The position numbers and the translations under genes were made by a program. Shown here piece by piece: positions 21,450-34,956 of a DNA stretch of 64,000 nucleotides. Numbering within the stretch: position 1 is the stretch's first letter; each line of letters starts with the position of its first letter. A model generated the notes under the pieces. The model was given only the letters and a program-made list of their open reading frames with translations, was not told the DNA's origin and did not search any database. Source of the DNA: Squalus acanthias (lineage: Eukaryota); contig CM059432.1 in the NCBI GenBank assembly GCA_030390025.1, forward strand, positions 117,430,001 to 117,494,000. The letters run 5' to 3'.

Positions 21450-24400
21450 GTGGGATTAAAATGCAGTGTGCTTAAACAGAGTGTTTTATTTGGGAATTTG
21501 TAGAAGAGGGGGAAGGAGTTGCTGCTTTTTGTCGACTCTACTTGTAGTGCTTTGTGTTACAGGTAGATATTTAATTTCAGTACCCATAACTTAATCTAGA
21601 TCAAGTAAGTTACCTAATTACAAATGTAATTAAATTTAATTGAATAAAACAAGGTCATATAGGGATGGCAGTGCAGGTGGTGTGCCACAACTGCAGCATG
21701 TGGGAGTCTGTGGAGAGCATTGTGATCCCGGACAACCACGTTTGCAGTAAGTGCCTGCATCTTGAGGAACTTCAGCTCAGAGTTTTTAAGCTGGAGTCTG
21801 AGGTGCAGACATTGCAGGGCATCAGGGATGGGCAGAGTTACCTGAACACTTTGATCCAGGAGGCAGTCACACTCCTTAGGTTAGGTAGTGGTACAGGTCT
21901 GGTTAGTGGTCAGGGACAGGAGAGTGTGACTGCAACTCAGGCAGGTAAGGGGACCCCAGGAGCACTGCTGGAGGAGCCTCAGCCTTTGCCATTATCCAAC
22001 AGGTATGAGGTTCTTGCTGCCTGTGTGGATGGGGGAAAAGCCTACAGGATGGATGAGCAAGCTGACCATGGCACCATGGTGCAGGAGGCCATTCAAGTGG
22101 GGGGAGTGAAAGAGAATGTAGTTGTGGTAGGGGACTGTATAGTCAGGGGGATAGATACTGTTCTCTGCAGCCGTGACCGAGAGTTCCGAAGGTTGTGCTA
22201 CCTGCCCATGTTAAAGACATCTCCTCGTAGCCCTGATAATAAAGGATGGGATAAAAACAGTAGAGAGAAATGATCTTAGCTCCAAAAATCAAGAAGTAGA
22301 ATCAGTTTGGGTGGAGCTAAGAAACAGCAAGGGGCAGAAAACATTGGTGGGAATTGTTTATAGGCCCCCAAACAGTAGTTGTAATGTAATGCAGAGTATA
22401 AATGAGGAAATTAGAGGCGCATGTAACAAGGGTAATACAAAAAACAAATTTGCAGTAATAGTGTGGAGGACGAATTCATGGAATGCATGCAAGATAGGTT
22501 TCTAGATCAGTATCTTGAGGAACCAACTAGGGAACAAACTATTTTAGATCTAGTATTGTGCAACAAGAAAGGGTTAATTAATAAAGTTGTAGTAAAGGTG
22601 CCTTTAGGGAAGAGTGACCATAATATGGTAGAATTTTATATTGAGTTTGAAAGTGATTCAGTTAAATCTGAAACTAGGGTCTTAAATCTAAACAAAGCAA
22701 ACTACATAGGTGTGAGGGGCGAGTTGGCTAAAGTAGATTGGGAACTACATTAAAAGGTATGACGGTAGAGAAGCAATGGCAAGCATTTAAAGAATTAATA
22801 CATAATTTACAACAAATATACATTCCTTGAAGGCACAAGAACCCCACAGGAAAAGTGGTCCAACCGTGGCCAACACGAGAAGTTAAAGATAGTATTAGAT
22901 CAAAGGAACAGGCTTATAATGTTGCCAAAAAGAATAGTAAGCTTGAGGATTGGGAGGATTTTAGAATTCAGCAAAGGAGGACCAAGAAATTGATAAAGAA
23001 AGGGAAAATAGAATATGAGAGTAAACTAGTGAGAGACATAAAAACAGACTGTAAAAGCTTCTATAGGTATGTAAAAAGGAAAAGATTAGCAAAAGTAAAT
23101 GTGGGTCCCTTACAGGCTGAGACAGGAGGAATTATAATGGGGAATAAGGAAATAGCTGAGAAATTAAACAAATAATTTGGGGGCGATTTTGCCAGCCCTG
23201 GGGAGGTGGGTATGAAGGCGGGACTGCCGGGAAAATGGCAGAATTTGGGGGCAGGTGCCCAACCCGCCCCCAACCCGCCTCCATGCCATCTTGCCAGGAG
23301 GCGGGTTGCCGTCCCGCGCCGGGTCCCGTCTCCTTGGCGGCATGAAGGGATTAAAGCCTATTAACTGCCTATTAACAGGTAGTTAACAGGCAGAAAATAG
23401 GATTATCCCCTTTTTGCCCTCACAAGTGCAGGCTTCCCAAAGGCTCTGAAACCTGCCAGGTCAGCGAGGCGAGTACTGGGTCTGTGGGGGTTGGGGGGGG
23501 GATGCAAAAGTGCATTGTGAAGGTAAGTGATGGGTGCAAAAGTGGAGAGTTGAGTATCTGAGGTAAGTGCAAAGTGTTAGTAAAAGGGTACTTACATTTG
23601 TTTCTTCCTACAGGCTTCAGTCGGTGTGTATGTGGAGAGTCTCGGACCTCCATGTTGGAGATGACAGATGGCCGTTGCATTCTCAGATGCAACAACCATC
23701 TCATTTCTGTAAAAGAAAGAAGTTTGATGAGGTCTTGAATTGAAGACCTCATCAAACTACAGAGAATGTCACTGTTTGACAGCTTCACAGAGCTGTCAAA
23801 CGATAACAATTCATCTGTCAAAAATTTTTGACAGATGAAACGTCATACGTTGACATTCTCTGCAATCGGCTTTCCCTTAATTGACCTGCTAAGCCTGCTG
23901 GGCGGGCTTAACAAGGTCAATCAAGGGAAAATAGCGTGGGTTGGCCAGAAGTTGATGGAGGCGAGACTGAAACCCGACAAGTGGGAGTCCCGCCTCCAAA
24001 AGCTCCCATTGAGAAAATCATCCCCTTTGTGTCTGTCTTCACAGAAGAAGATGCAAAAAACTTCCCGGAAATAGTGGAGAACCAAGGGTCTAGCGAGAAT
24101 GAGGAACTGAAAGAAATTAATATTAGTAAAAAATAGTACTGGTGAAATTAATGGGACTGAAAGCCAATAAATCCCCTGGACCTGATGGCCTACATCCTAG
24201 GGTTTTGAAAAAGGTGACTATAGAGATAGTGGATGCATTGGTTGTCATTTTCCAAAATTCCATAGATTCTAGAACGCTTCCCATGACTTGGAAGGTGGCA
24301 AATGTAACCCCATTATTTAAGAAAGGAGGGAGAGATAAAACGGAGAACTACAGACCAGTTAGACTGACATCAGTAGTAGGGAAAATGCTAGAATCTATTA

Positions 24401-25725
24401 TTAAGGACGTGGTAAAAGGGCACTTAGAAAATAATAATAGGATTGGGCAGAGTCAGCACGGATTTATCAAAGGGAAATTGTGTTTGACAAATCTGTTAGA
24501 GTCGTTTGAGTTTGTAACTAACAGAATAGATAAAGGGGAAACAGTAGATGTGGTGTATTTGGATTTTCAGAAGACATTCGATAAAGTGCCACACAAGAGG
24601 TTATTAAACAAAATTAGGGCTCATGGGATTGGGGGTAATATACTAGCATGGATTGAGGATTGGTTAATGGACAGAAAACAGAGAGTAGGAATAAACGGGT
24701 CATTTTTGGGTTGGCAGACTGTAACTAGTGGGGTACCACAAGGATCAGTGCTTGGGCCTCAGCTATTCACAATCTATATCAATGATTTGAATGAGGGGAC
24801 CAAATATAATATATCCAAGTTTGCTGATGATACAAAGCTGGGTAGGAATGTAAGTTGTGAGGAGGATGCAAAGAGGCTTCAAGTGGATATAGACAAGCTA
24901 AGTGAGTGGGCAAGAACATAATGTGAAGAAATGTGAAGTTATCCACTTTGGTAGGAAAAATAGAAAAGCAGAGCATTTTTTAAATGGTGAGAGATTGGGA
25001 AATGTTGGTGTTCAGAGGGACCTGGGTGTCCTTGTACACGAATCGCTGAAAGTTAGCATGCAGGTACAGCAAGAAATTAGGAAAGCAAATGGTATGTTGG
25101 CCTTTATTACAAGAGGATTTGAGTATAAGAGTAAAGACGTCTTACTGCAATTATATAGGGCCCTGGTGAGACCACACCTGGAGTATTGTGTACAGTTTTG
25201 TTCTCCTTACCTAAGGAAGGATATACCTGTGATAGAGGGAGTGCAACGAAGGTTCACCAGACTGATTCCTGGGATGGGGGGATTGTCCTATGATTGAGTA
25301 GACTAGGCCTATATTCTCTAGAGTTTAGAAGAATGAGAGGTGATCTGATTGAAACATACAACATTTTTACAGGGCTTGACAGGGTAGATGCAGGGATGAT
25401 GTTTCCCCTGGCTGGGGAGTCTAGAACCAGGGGTCACAGTCTCAGAATAAGAGGTCGGCCATTTAGGACCGAGATGAGGAGAAATTTCTTCACTGGTGGT
25501 GAAACTTTGGAAATCTCTACCTCAGAGGGCTGTGGAGGCTGAGTTGTTGAGTATATACAAGACAGAGATTGATAGATTTTTGGATATTAAGGGAATCAAG
25601 GGATATGGGGATAGTGCAGGAAAGTGGAGATGAGGTAGATGATCAGCCATGATCTTACTGAGTGGTGGAGCAGGCTCAAAGGGCCGAATGGCCTACTCCT
25701 GCTCCTATTTCTTATGTTCTTATGT
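21450..25725 (+). mobile_element. Near full-length decayed CR1 (ORF1 zinc finger/SGNH esterase, ORF2 endonuclease-RT)
   Basis: ORF1 CHNCSMWE..CSKC and [35 protein letters not shown]; tail CTTATGTTCTTATG. Confidence 0.93.
23179..24025. mobile_element. Harbinger-type MITE, 847 bp, inserted in CR1 ORF2
   Basis: TIRs GGGGGCGATTTT / GGGGATGATTTT; TSD TTT; CR1 sequence resumes on both sides. Confidence 0.8.
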
Positions 25726-26841
25726 AGATGAGGTTGACCTCCCCTGGTCAGGTTTTGCTGCCGCTGCTTATGTGCTATTTTTCCTGGAAGAGAAAGGGCG
25801 GTGATTGTGAATGAGTGTATTGACAGGTGTGATTGTGTGTGTGTGATGCCTCACTTGGTTGAAGAGCTAAGAGAGGTGTTTGAGTTTTGAGCAGCACCTG
25901 TAAAGGATGCAGTAGTGTGTGGTGTGTGAATGTCAGTGTAGAGTTAGATGGTGGATGCAGTGTGTTGAGGTTGTGATGCTGGTGGCGGTGCAGTTATTGA
26001 GAAGTGTGTTTGTGAGATGGGATCTTACCTTGACCACCCGTGTCAAGTTGTTACATTTCTTGCAGCACTGGAGCCATGTCCTGGGGCCAGGATTCCTGGC
26101 TGTGACCTCCTGGGCGATCTCGTCCCACATGTGGAGCATCAGCTGCCTCTGTGGCCTCCTTCCCTCCTGCAGCTGGAGGACATCCCTCCTCCTCTGTACC
26201 TCCTCTACCAGGGCCTCCAATGCCATGTCGGAGAACCTGGGCCCTGAGACATCCTTCCACGTTGGCTTCTCTCCCAGCCAGCGCACTGCACACCTTCAGT
26301 GGAAGTGGGTGCATGGAGCCCACATACACAGCTCCAGGAAAACTGCACCTAATCAGCGCTTGAGTGCCAAACCTGCAGTTGTCAGTTTCAGCGCCTGCAG
26401 GCACGTTCAAATCATGATAATCATCAATTAGCCCGAAAATTGTGTGCTAAATCCGGACTTTCAAACAGGCGTTTCTTATTAGCACAGCACCCATTTAACA
26501 CCTGTTTTCACCCTTTGGCCAAAATAACCCAAATGCTTTTTAAGTCAAATTACCTTTAAGCATTTTAAAGAATGAATTACTTTCTGAAGAACATGTAAGT
26601 GAAATGGAGACAGCTCTAGTAATGTCTGTCATGTTAGAGGAATATGGCGGTTGCATTTCTACTAATTATGGTAAGGTCTTTGAATAGGCTGCTATTTAAA
26701 AAAATACATCTTTAAAGGTTTTTAAACTACTGTTTTTGCATGTTTAAACTGATTTGAGCATTTGATTTTTGGTATGTGTTTTTTCTTGTTTAATATTTCC
26801 TTTTTACTGAGAACAATAGTGTGGTATCTGGTCACACTGTA

Positions 26842-27094
26842 TTTTTTTTAATTCTTTCATGGGATGTGGGCGTCGCTGGCAAGGCCAGCATTTATTGCCC
26901 ATCCCTAATTCCCCTTGAGAAGGTAGTGGTGAGCCGCCTTCTTGAACCGCCGCAGTCCATGTGGTGAAGGTACTCCCACAGTGGTGTTAGGGAGGGAGTT
27001 CCAGGACTTTGACCCAGCGACGATGAAGGAACGGCGATATACTTCCAAGTCAGGATGGTGTGTGACTTGGAGGGCAACTTGGAGGTGGCGGTGT
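26842..27094 (-). mobile_element. 3' end of the second CR1-group LINE
   Basis: Matches 30510-30760; ORF 26905-27105 ends SWNSLP...FKKAAHH. Confidence 0.85.
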
Positions 27095-27369
27095 ATATCT
27101 TGCAATAGTTGAATACAATCCTATAAAGAAGCAGTATCACACTAGTGATAGTACAGGATTCCTGAGGTGGCAGCTACAGTGCAGCATCGAGTGTAACTGA
27201 GTTACCAATATTTCATATTTCAAAAGAACTGACTCAGATTCGATGAGAGGCGAATCTAAACCCCAATGGTATAAGGAAATGTTTAAAGATGCTTTTACAT
27301 TTAAAAACCACAGCCAACAGCAAACACACATTTCTCCCTTTGTTGGCTGCAGTTCAAAGTATAACCACC

Positions 27370-28665
27370 CTACTTCCCTTCCTGGCCCCTATGCTAGCTG
27401 GCATAATAAATGGCTCAATTTTCTTAGGAACTGTCCACCTTCCTTTCAAAATGACCATCGCCACCCACCTCAAAACACCCACCCTCTACCCTTCTGTCCT
27501 TGAAAACTACTGCCCCATCTCTAATCTCCCTTTCCTCTCCGAAGTCCTTGAGCATTTTGCTGCCTTCGAACTCCATGCACGGGCCGTAATATGGGTGTGT
27601 ATGAGGTGTGTACGCGCCCGTAAGGGCCGCGCAGGTTCCGGGTTTAGGCATGCACTGCGCATTCGCTAAAACCCAGATCTTGCGATCTGTCAAGATGATC
27701 CACATCTCCGGGAAAAGGATCTCTGCGGGCGGAGAGTTGGGCTATTTGCCCAACTTCTGCCCAGCGAATGCCCGTGAAATTCTTACACCTGGTAAAAGCA
27801 AGCGTAAGGCCTGTTTTTACCAGCGTAAGAGTTTTAAAAAACAGAAAAATAACATTTTATCAACCATTTATACATTTAAAAACCTGTGAAATAAGGTAAG
27901 TTTATTTTTAGCCCCTTTAAAACATGTACATTTATTTTTCAAAAAATTAAATTTTTGTTTTAAATATTTAATTAAAATGCCATTTTAATTTTAAATATGT
28001 GATGATTTTTTAAAAATTTATTTGAAGTGTAGATGTATTTTTTGGGGTATTCCCATTCATACTTATGGGGTTTCTGTGCACACGAAATCCCCATAAGTAT
28101 GAGTGGGGATTCCCTCCTGTCATTCGTTGGGCCGGTCCATGTGATCTCAGGGGCGCTCGTGAACCGCCTGCGCCCTGAGATACGTGGGCCTCTGCCCACA
28201 GGTACCCGGAGTGGCCCAGGACCGTGAGTCTCCGTACCTCCCGGACCACCAGGTAGGCGCGGGTTTTATTTGCGGATCGGAAGCATTTCCCCGCGGGAAG
28301 CCTCCGACCGCAAATTCAGGGCCACTATCTTTACTGTAATTCCATGTGAATCACTCCAATAAGGTTTTTTCCCTGCCACAGCACTGAAATAGTTCCAAAT
28401 AAAGTCACAAATTCCTCTGTGACTATTACCTTGATGCATTTTCCCTCCTCATCCTCCTCAACCTCTCTGCAGCCTTTTGACACAGTGAACCGCACTAACC
28501 TCCTCAAATGCTTCTCTCCTGTTATGCAGCTGAGTGGGATTGCCCTCGCTTGGTTCCACTGTTCTCTATCCAATCATTGCCAGAGCATCTCCAGCAATGG
28601 ACTTCTCTTCCCACCCCTGCATAGTTATCTCTGGAGTCCTCCAAAGACCTGCCCTTGGCACCCTC
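27370..28665 (+). mobile_element. L2 LINE RT fragment split by a MITE
   Basis: NYCPISNLPFLSEVLE; degenerate GVLQ..LG motif. Confidence 0.75.
27581..28323. mobile_element. Putative MITE with CpG-rich ends and an AT-rich core
   Basis: Imperfect TIRs GGGCCGTAATATG / GGCCCTGAATTTG; interrupts L2; TSD not clean. Confidence 0.5.
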
Positions 28666-29644
28666 CTTAAGCCAATAAATGGGGGGAGGGCTCAGGAAGA
28701 AACAAAAGTAATTTAAAGATTAAAAATATAGGTGAGAGCGAAGTCCAGATCATCAATAATGTTAAAGGTAATATAAATACTTCAGGTTCAGAAAAAAAAT
28801 AAGAAATAACAACAAAATAACTGATAAAAATACAACAAAAGTGATAAATAACAAGGAGTGTGATAAGTTAAAAGGTGTGTTCAAAACAACATCAGGGCAT
28901 AATGGCAGAACAGGGTCTACTGCCCAATGAAAAGTTCTATTCAATAATGCACACAGCATAAGAAATAAAAGAAGCACAAACTCAGTGGCCATTACTGAGA
29001 TCTGGTTACAAACAGGACACGACTGGGAGATAAATATTCCAGATTATAAGGTCTTTAGAAAGGACAGGGAAATTGGAAAAGGAGGAGGAGTAGCAATATT
29101 GACAAGGGACACTATTATAGCCTTAAAAGAGGGGATCTCAGTAAGGGTGAGCAGGGAAACGCTGTGGGTAGAATTGAGGAATAGAAAAGGCTTCAAAACA
29201 TTGGTGGGAGTTGTTTATAAAGCTCCAGGTAGCAGCGATAAAGTAGCAGATACATAAACACGGAGATCAGGGAAGCTTGTTGCAAAAACAGAGTAGTTAT
29301 AACGGGAGACTTCAATTTTCACAAAGACTGAGGGAAGCAGAACAGCTCGTTTCCCAAAGGCAGCACATTTCTTGAGTGTATTCGAGACAGTTTTCTGGAA
29401 GAATTTGTTCTTGAACCAACAAGAGAACAGGCCATCTTAGATTCAGTAATGAGTAATGAGCCTAAATTAGTCAATAATCTAACGGTAAGGGAACACCAAG
29501 CTAACAGTGACCATAATCTGATAGAATTCCATATTAGGTTTGAGAGGGAGAAGGGTCAGTCACAAACTATAGGTCGGAAATTTAGGTAACGCTGACTTTC
29601 GAGGGATGAGGCAGGAATTGACCACAATAGACTGGGCAGAAATA

Positions 29645-30110
29645 AAAAGAAAGAAGTGCATTTATATAGCGTCTTTCACGACCACCGGATGTCTCAAAGT
29701 GCTTTACAGCCAATGAAGTACTTTTGAAGTGTAGTCACTGTTGTAATGTGGGAAACACGGCAGCCAATTTGCACACAGCAAACTCCCACAAACAGCAATG
29801 TGATAATGACCAGATAAACTGTTTTAGGTATGTTGATTGAGAGATAAATATTGGCAAGGACGCCAGGGATAACTCCCCTGGTCTTCTTCAAAATAGTGCC
29901 ATGGGATCTTTTACATCCACCGGAGAAAGCAGATGGGACTTCGGTATAACGTTTCATCCGAAAGACGGCACCTCCGACAGTGCAGCACTCCCTCAGCACT
30001 GCACTAGAATGTCAGCCTAGATTTATGTGCTTAAGTCCCTGGAGTAGGAACTTGAACCCGCAACCTTATGACTCAGAGGTGGGTGTGCTACCCACTGAGA
30101 CACAGCTGAC
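29645..30110 (-). mobile_element. Deu-domain SINE (SacSINE1-like)
   Basis: Colinear with 681-1127. Confidence 0.85.
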
Positions 30111-30296
30111 ACTGGTAATGGATAAAACTATGGAAGAAATACAGTGCGAGGTGTTCAAAATTGTTTCTGGTAGAATACAAGACCTGTACATACCCCTAGA
30201 AGGTAAGAGCTCTACTTGTGTAATTAAACAACCTTGGTTAACAAAGGAAGTGAGAGATAGTGTAAAATTAAAAGAAAGGGCTGATACGAAGGCAAA

Positions 30297-33200
30297 GGTT
30301 CTGGCCCCCATGTTAGCTGATATTGTTAATGGTTTTCTCTCCTCAGGTACTGTCCCCTTCTCCCTTAAATCTGCTGTCATCACCTCTCTCCTCAAAAAAA
30401 CAATTCTTAATCATCCGTCCTTGTAAACTACCGCCCCATCTTCAACGTCTCTTTCCTCTCCAAAGTCCTTGAACATGCTGTCGCCTGCCAATTCTGTGTC
30501 CCCAGAACATTTTTTAGATTCTTTCATGGGATGTGGGCGTCGCTGGCAACGCCAGCATTTATTGCCCATCCCTAATTGCCCTTGAGAAGGTGGTGGTGAG
30601 CCGCCTTCTTGAACTGCTGCAGTCCATGTGGTGAAGGTACTCCCACAGTGCTGTTAGAGAGGGAGTTCCAGAATTTGACCCAGCGACAATGAAGGATCGG
30701 CGATATACTTCCAAGTCAGGATGGTGTGTGACTTGGAGGGGAACTTGGAGTTGGTGGTGTTCCCATGTGCCTGCTGCCCTTGTCCTTCTAGGTGGAAGAG
30801 GTCACGGGTTTGGGAGGTGTTGCCGAAGAAGCCTTGGCGAGTTGCTGTCGTGCATCTTGTAGATGGTGCACACTGCAGCCACAGTATGCCGGTGGTGGAG
30901 GGAGTGAATGTTTAAGGTGGTGGATGGGGTGCCAATCAAGCGGGCTGCTTTGTCCTGGATGGTGTTGAGCTTCTTGAGTGTTGTTGGAGCTGCACTCATC
31001 CAGGCAAGTGGAGAGTAGTCCATCACACTCCTTACTTGTGCCTTGTAGATGGTGGAAAGGCTTTGGGGAGTCAGGAGGTGAGACACACACCACAGATTAC
31101 CCAGCCTCTGACCTGCTCTTGTTGCCACAGTATTTATGTGGCTAGTCCAGTTAAGTTTCTGGTCAATAGTGACTCCCAGGATGTTGGTGGTGGGGGATTC
31201 AGCGATGGTAATGCCGTTGAATGTCAAGGGGCGGTGGTTAGACTCTTGCTTGTTGGAGATAGTCATTGCCTGGCACTTGTGTGACACGAATGTTACCTGC
31301 CACTTATCAGCCCAAGCCTGAACATCGTCCAGGTCTTGTTGCATGCGGGCATGGACTGTTTCATTATCTGAGGAGTTGTGAATGGCACTGAACACTGTGC
31401 AGTCATCAGCAAACATCCCCATTTCTGACCTTATGTTGGAGGGAAGGTCATTGATGAAACAGCTGAAGATGGTTGGGCCTAGGACACTGCCCTGAGGAAC
31501 TCCTGCAGCGATGTCCTGGGGCTGTGATGATTGACCTCCAACCACCACAACCATCTTCCTTTGTGCTAGGTATGACTCCAGCCAATGGAGAGTTTCCCCC
31601 CTGATTCCTATTGACTTCCCTTTTACTCAGGCTCCTTGATGCTACACTCGGTCAAATGCTGCCTTGATGTCAAGTGCAGTCACTCTCACCTCACCTCTGG
31701 AATTCAGCTCCTTTGTCCATGTTTGGACCAAGGCTGTAATGAGGTTGGGAGCCGAGTGGACTTGGCGGAACCCAAACCGGGCATCTGTGAGCAGGTTTTT
31801 GCTGAGTAAGTGTCATTTGATAGCACTGTCGATGACACCTTCCATCACTTTGCTGATGATTGAGAGTAGACTGATGGGGCTGTAATTGGATTTGTCCTGC
31901 TTTTTGTGGAAATGACATACCTGGGCAGTTTTCCACATTGTCGGACAGATGCCAGTGTTGTAGCTGTACTAGAACAGCTTGGCTAGAGACGCGGCTAGTT
32001 CTGGAGCACAAGTCATCAGCACGACAGCTGGGATGTTATCGGGGCCCATAGCCTTTGCTGTATCCATTGCGCTCAGCCGTTTCTTGACATCACGTGGAGT
32101 GAATCAAATTGGCTGAAGACTGGCTTCTGTGATGGTGGGGACCTCAGGAGGAGGCAGATATGGATGATCCACTCAGCACTTCTGGCTGAAGATGTTTGCA
32201 CACTCTTCAGTCTTGTCTTTTGCACTCACGTGCTGGGCTCCACCATCATTGAGGACGGGGATATTCATGGTGCCTCCTACTCCCATGTTTGAATCCGTCC
32301 AATCAGGTTTCTGCCCCGCCACAGCACCGAAACAACTCTTATCAAAGTCACAAATGACATCCTATGTGAGTGTGACAAAGGTAAACTATCCCTTCTCTTC
32401 TTCTAGAACTGTCTGCAGCCTTTGACACGGTTGTCCACACCATCCTCTTCCAATGCCTCTCCACCATCATCCAGCTGGTTTGGACTGCATTCACCTGGTT
32501 CCAATCTTATCTATCCAGTCATAGCCAGAGAATCACCTGCAATGGCTTCTCTTCCCACTCCCCCAAGGATCTATCCTTGGCCCTCTTCTATTTCTCATCT
32601 ACATGCTGCCCCTCGGCGACATTATCAAAAAACACAGCATCAGTTTCCACATGTACACCGACGACACCCAGCTCTACCTCACCAGCACTTCTCTCAACCC
32701 CTCTACTGTCTCTAACTTGTCAGATTGCTTGTCCGCCATCCAGCAGTGAATGTGCAGAAATTTCCTCCCACTAAATATTGGGAAGACCAAAGCCTTTGTT
32801 TTCGGGCCCTACCACAAAATCCATTCCCTAGCCACTGAATCCATCCCTTTCCCTGGCAACTGTCTGAGGCTGAACCAGACTGTTCACAACCTTGATGTCA
32901 TATTTGACCTCGAGATGAGCTTCTGACCACATATCCGCGCTATCACTAAGATCGCCTATTTCCACCTCCGTAATATCACTGGACTTCGCCCCTGCCTCAG
33001 CTCATCTGCTGCTGAAACCCTCATCCATGCCTTTGTTACCTCTAGGCTTGACTATTCCAATGCACTCCTGGTTGGCCTCCCACGTTCTACCCTCCATTAA
33101 CTTGAGGTCATCCAAAACTCTGCTGCCTGTGTCCTATCTCACGTAAAGTCCCGTTTCCCCACCACCCCAGTGCTTGCTGACATACATTGACTCCCGGTTA

Positions 33201-33600
33201 AGCAAAGCCTTAATTTTAAAATCCTCATCCTTTTGTTCAAATCCCTCCATGGCTTCGTCCCTCCCTATCTCGGTTATCTCCTCCAGCCCTAAAACCCTCT
33301 GAGATATCTGTGCTCCTCCAATTCTGGCCTCATGAGCATCCCCAATTTTAATCACTCCACCATTGGTGGCTTCCAAGGCCCTAAGCTCTGGAATTCCCTG
33401 CCTAAACTTCTCCGCCTCTCTACCTCTCTTTCCTCCTTTAAGATGCTCCTTAAAACCTACCTCTTTGACCAAGCGTTTGCTCACCTGCCCTAATATTTCC
33501 TTATGTGGCTCGGTGTCAAATTTTGTTTGATAATCGCTCCTGTGACACGCCTTGGGATGTTTTACTACTTTAAAGGTGCTATTTAAATACAAGTTGATTT
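30297..33600 (+). mobile_element. L2 LINE 3' portion split by a CR1-group LINE
   Basis: [19 protein letters not shown] motifs; L2-type tail ...GCTATTTAAATACAAGTTG. Confidence 0.85.
30510..32283 (-). mobile_element. CR1-group LINE (second lineage), RT plus 3' end
   Basis: ORF 30802-31554 [14 protein letters not shown]; poly(A)-like end at 30510. Confidence 0.9.
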
Positions 33601-34795
33601 TATTGTTGTAGAGATCCCGAGAAATATAAAGAACAGCAAAGGGATACAAAGAAAATGGTAAGAGCTGAAAAAAGGGAATACGAGAAAAAACTTGTGAGGG
33701 ATATCAGGAAAACACTAAAGGGTTTTACAAATATATTAAGAGAAAGAGGGTGTTTGAGAGTAACGTGGGTCCCTTAATGACAGACGCTGGTGATATTGCA
33801 ATTAGAAATCAGGTAAAGGCAGACTTACCAAATAGCAACTTTGTATCGGTCTTCACAGTAAATGAGGATAAAGTACCAGAGATACTGGTGAGGAAAACTA
33901 AAAATAAGTCAAGGAGAGGAACTAACTAGATTCAATACAAGTGAAAAAAAAATGATGATGGAGAAACTGATGAGATTAAAGATAGACAAATAATTGGAAA
34001 AACTGCCAATGTCCCTCCATTATTTACAAAGTGTAGGAGAGATAAACACGGAAATTAAAGGCCTATTAGTCTAACGTCAGTTGTGGGGAAGTTGCTGGAA
34101 TTTGTTATGAGGGGGCAGAGTGACTGAGCATTTGGACAAGTATGAGCTGATCAGAGAGAGCCAGCATGGGTTTATAAAGGGTAAGTCATGTCTTACAAAC
34201 CTAGTGGAATTTTATGAGGAAGTAACTGATGTGGTAGATAAGGAAGTGTCTATGGCTGTTATTTATGAGAGTGTATGAAATTGGACTCAACCTATTGGCT
34301 TGGGTAGGGAATTGGTTAGGAGGTAGGACATAGAGAGTAGGGATAATGGGTCTGTACTCCAGTGGTGTCCCCCAGGGGTCTGTGCTGTGCCTCAGCTTTT
34401 CACTATATTTATAAATAACTTGGATGAAGGAATAGAGAGTAGTATATCAAAGTTTGCTGATGGCACTAAGTTATTTAGCACAGTAGGTAGTGTAGACAGG
34501 ATCATTAAGTTGCAAAGGCTCATTGATAATTTAAGTGAGTTGGCAAAACTGTGGCAGATGGAGTTCAGTGTGGGGAAGTGTGAGGTCATCCACTTCAGAC
34601 CTAAGAAAGATAGATCAGTGTATTTTCTAAATAATGAGAAGTTAGGAACTGTGAAGGAGCAGAGAGATTTAAGGGTCCAAGTACAGAAATCACTAAAAAC
34701 TAGTGGACAGGTACAAAAAATAATTTAAAAGGCTAATGGAATGTTGGCCTTTATCTCAAGAGGCTGGAATACCAAGGGGTGGAAATTATGCTGCA

Positions 34796-34956
34796 AAAAC
34801 AAAATACTGCGGATGCTGGAAATCTGAAATAGAAAATGCTGGAAATACTCAGCCGGTCAGGCAGAACTCTGATGAAAGGGCATCAACCTGAAACGTTAAC
34901 TCGGTTTCTCTCTCTACAGATGCTGCCTGACCTGCTGAGTATTTCCAGCATTTTCT
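34796..34956. mobile_element. Short Penelope-derived fold-back repeat with a hammerhead motif
   Basis: 34-bp inverted arms 34831-34864 / 34923-34956 (1 mismatch); CTGATGA..AGG/CCT..GAAACGTTA at 34869-34898. Confidence 0.75.

Larger units (their letters stand above)
19480..26260 (-). pseudogene. Harbinger Myb/SANT-like DNA-binding gene of H1 (3 exons; exon 2 split by CR1 insertions)
   Basis: Exon 1 PRFSDMALEALVEEV...WDEIAQEV...RTWLQCCKKCNNL with donor GTAAG after 26029; exon 2 pieces ~25727-25784 and ~20700-20796; exon 3 from ~20537. Confidence 0.8.
15872..26531 (+). mobile_element. PIF/Harbinger transposon H1, expanded by nested insertions
   Basis: Transposase (+) and convergent Myb/SANT gene (-); degenerate TIRs GGAGGCGATTTT / AAAATAACCC. 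Confidence 0.8.
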
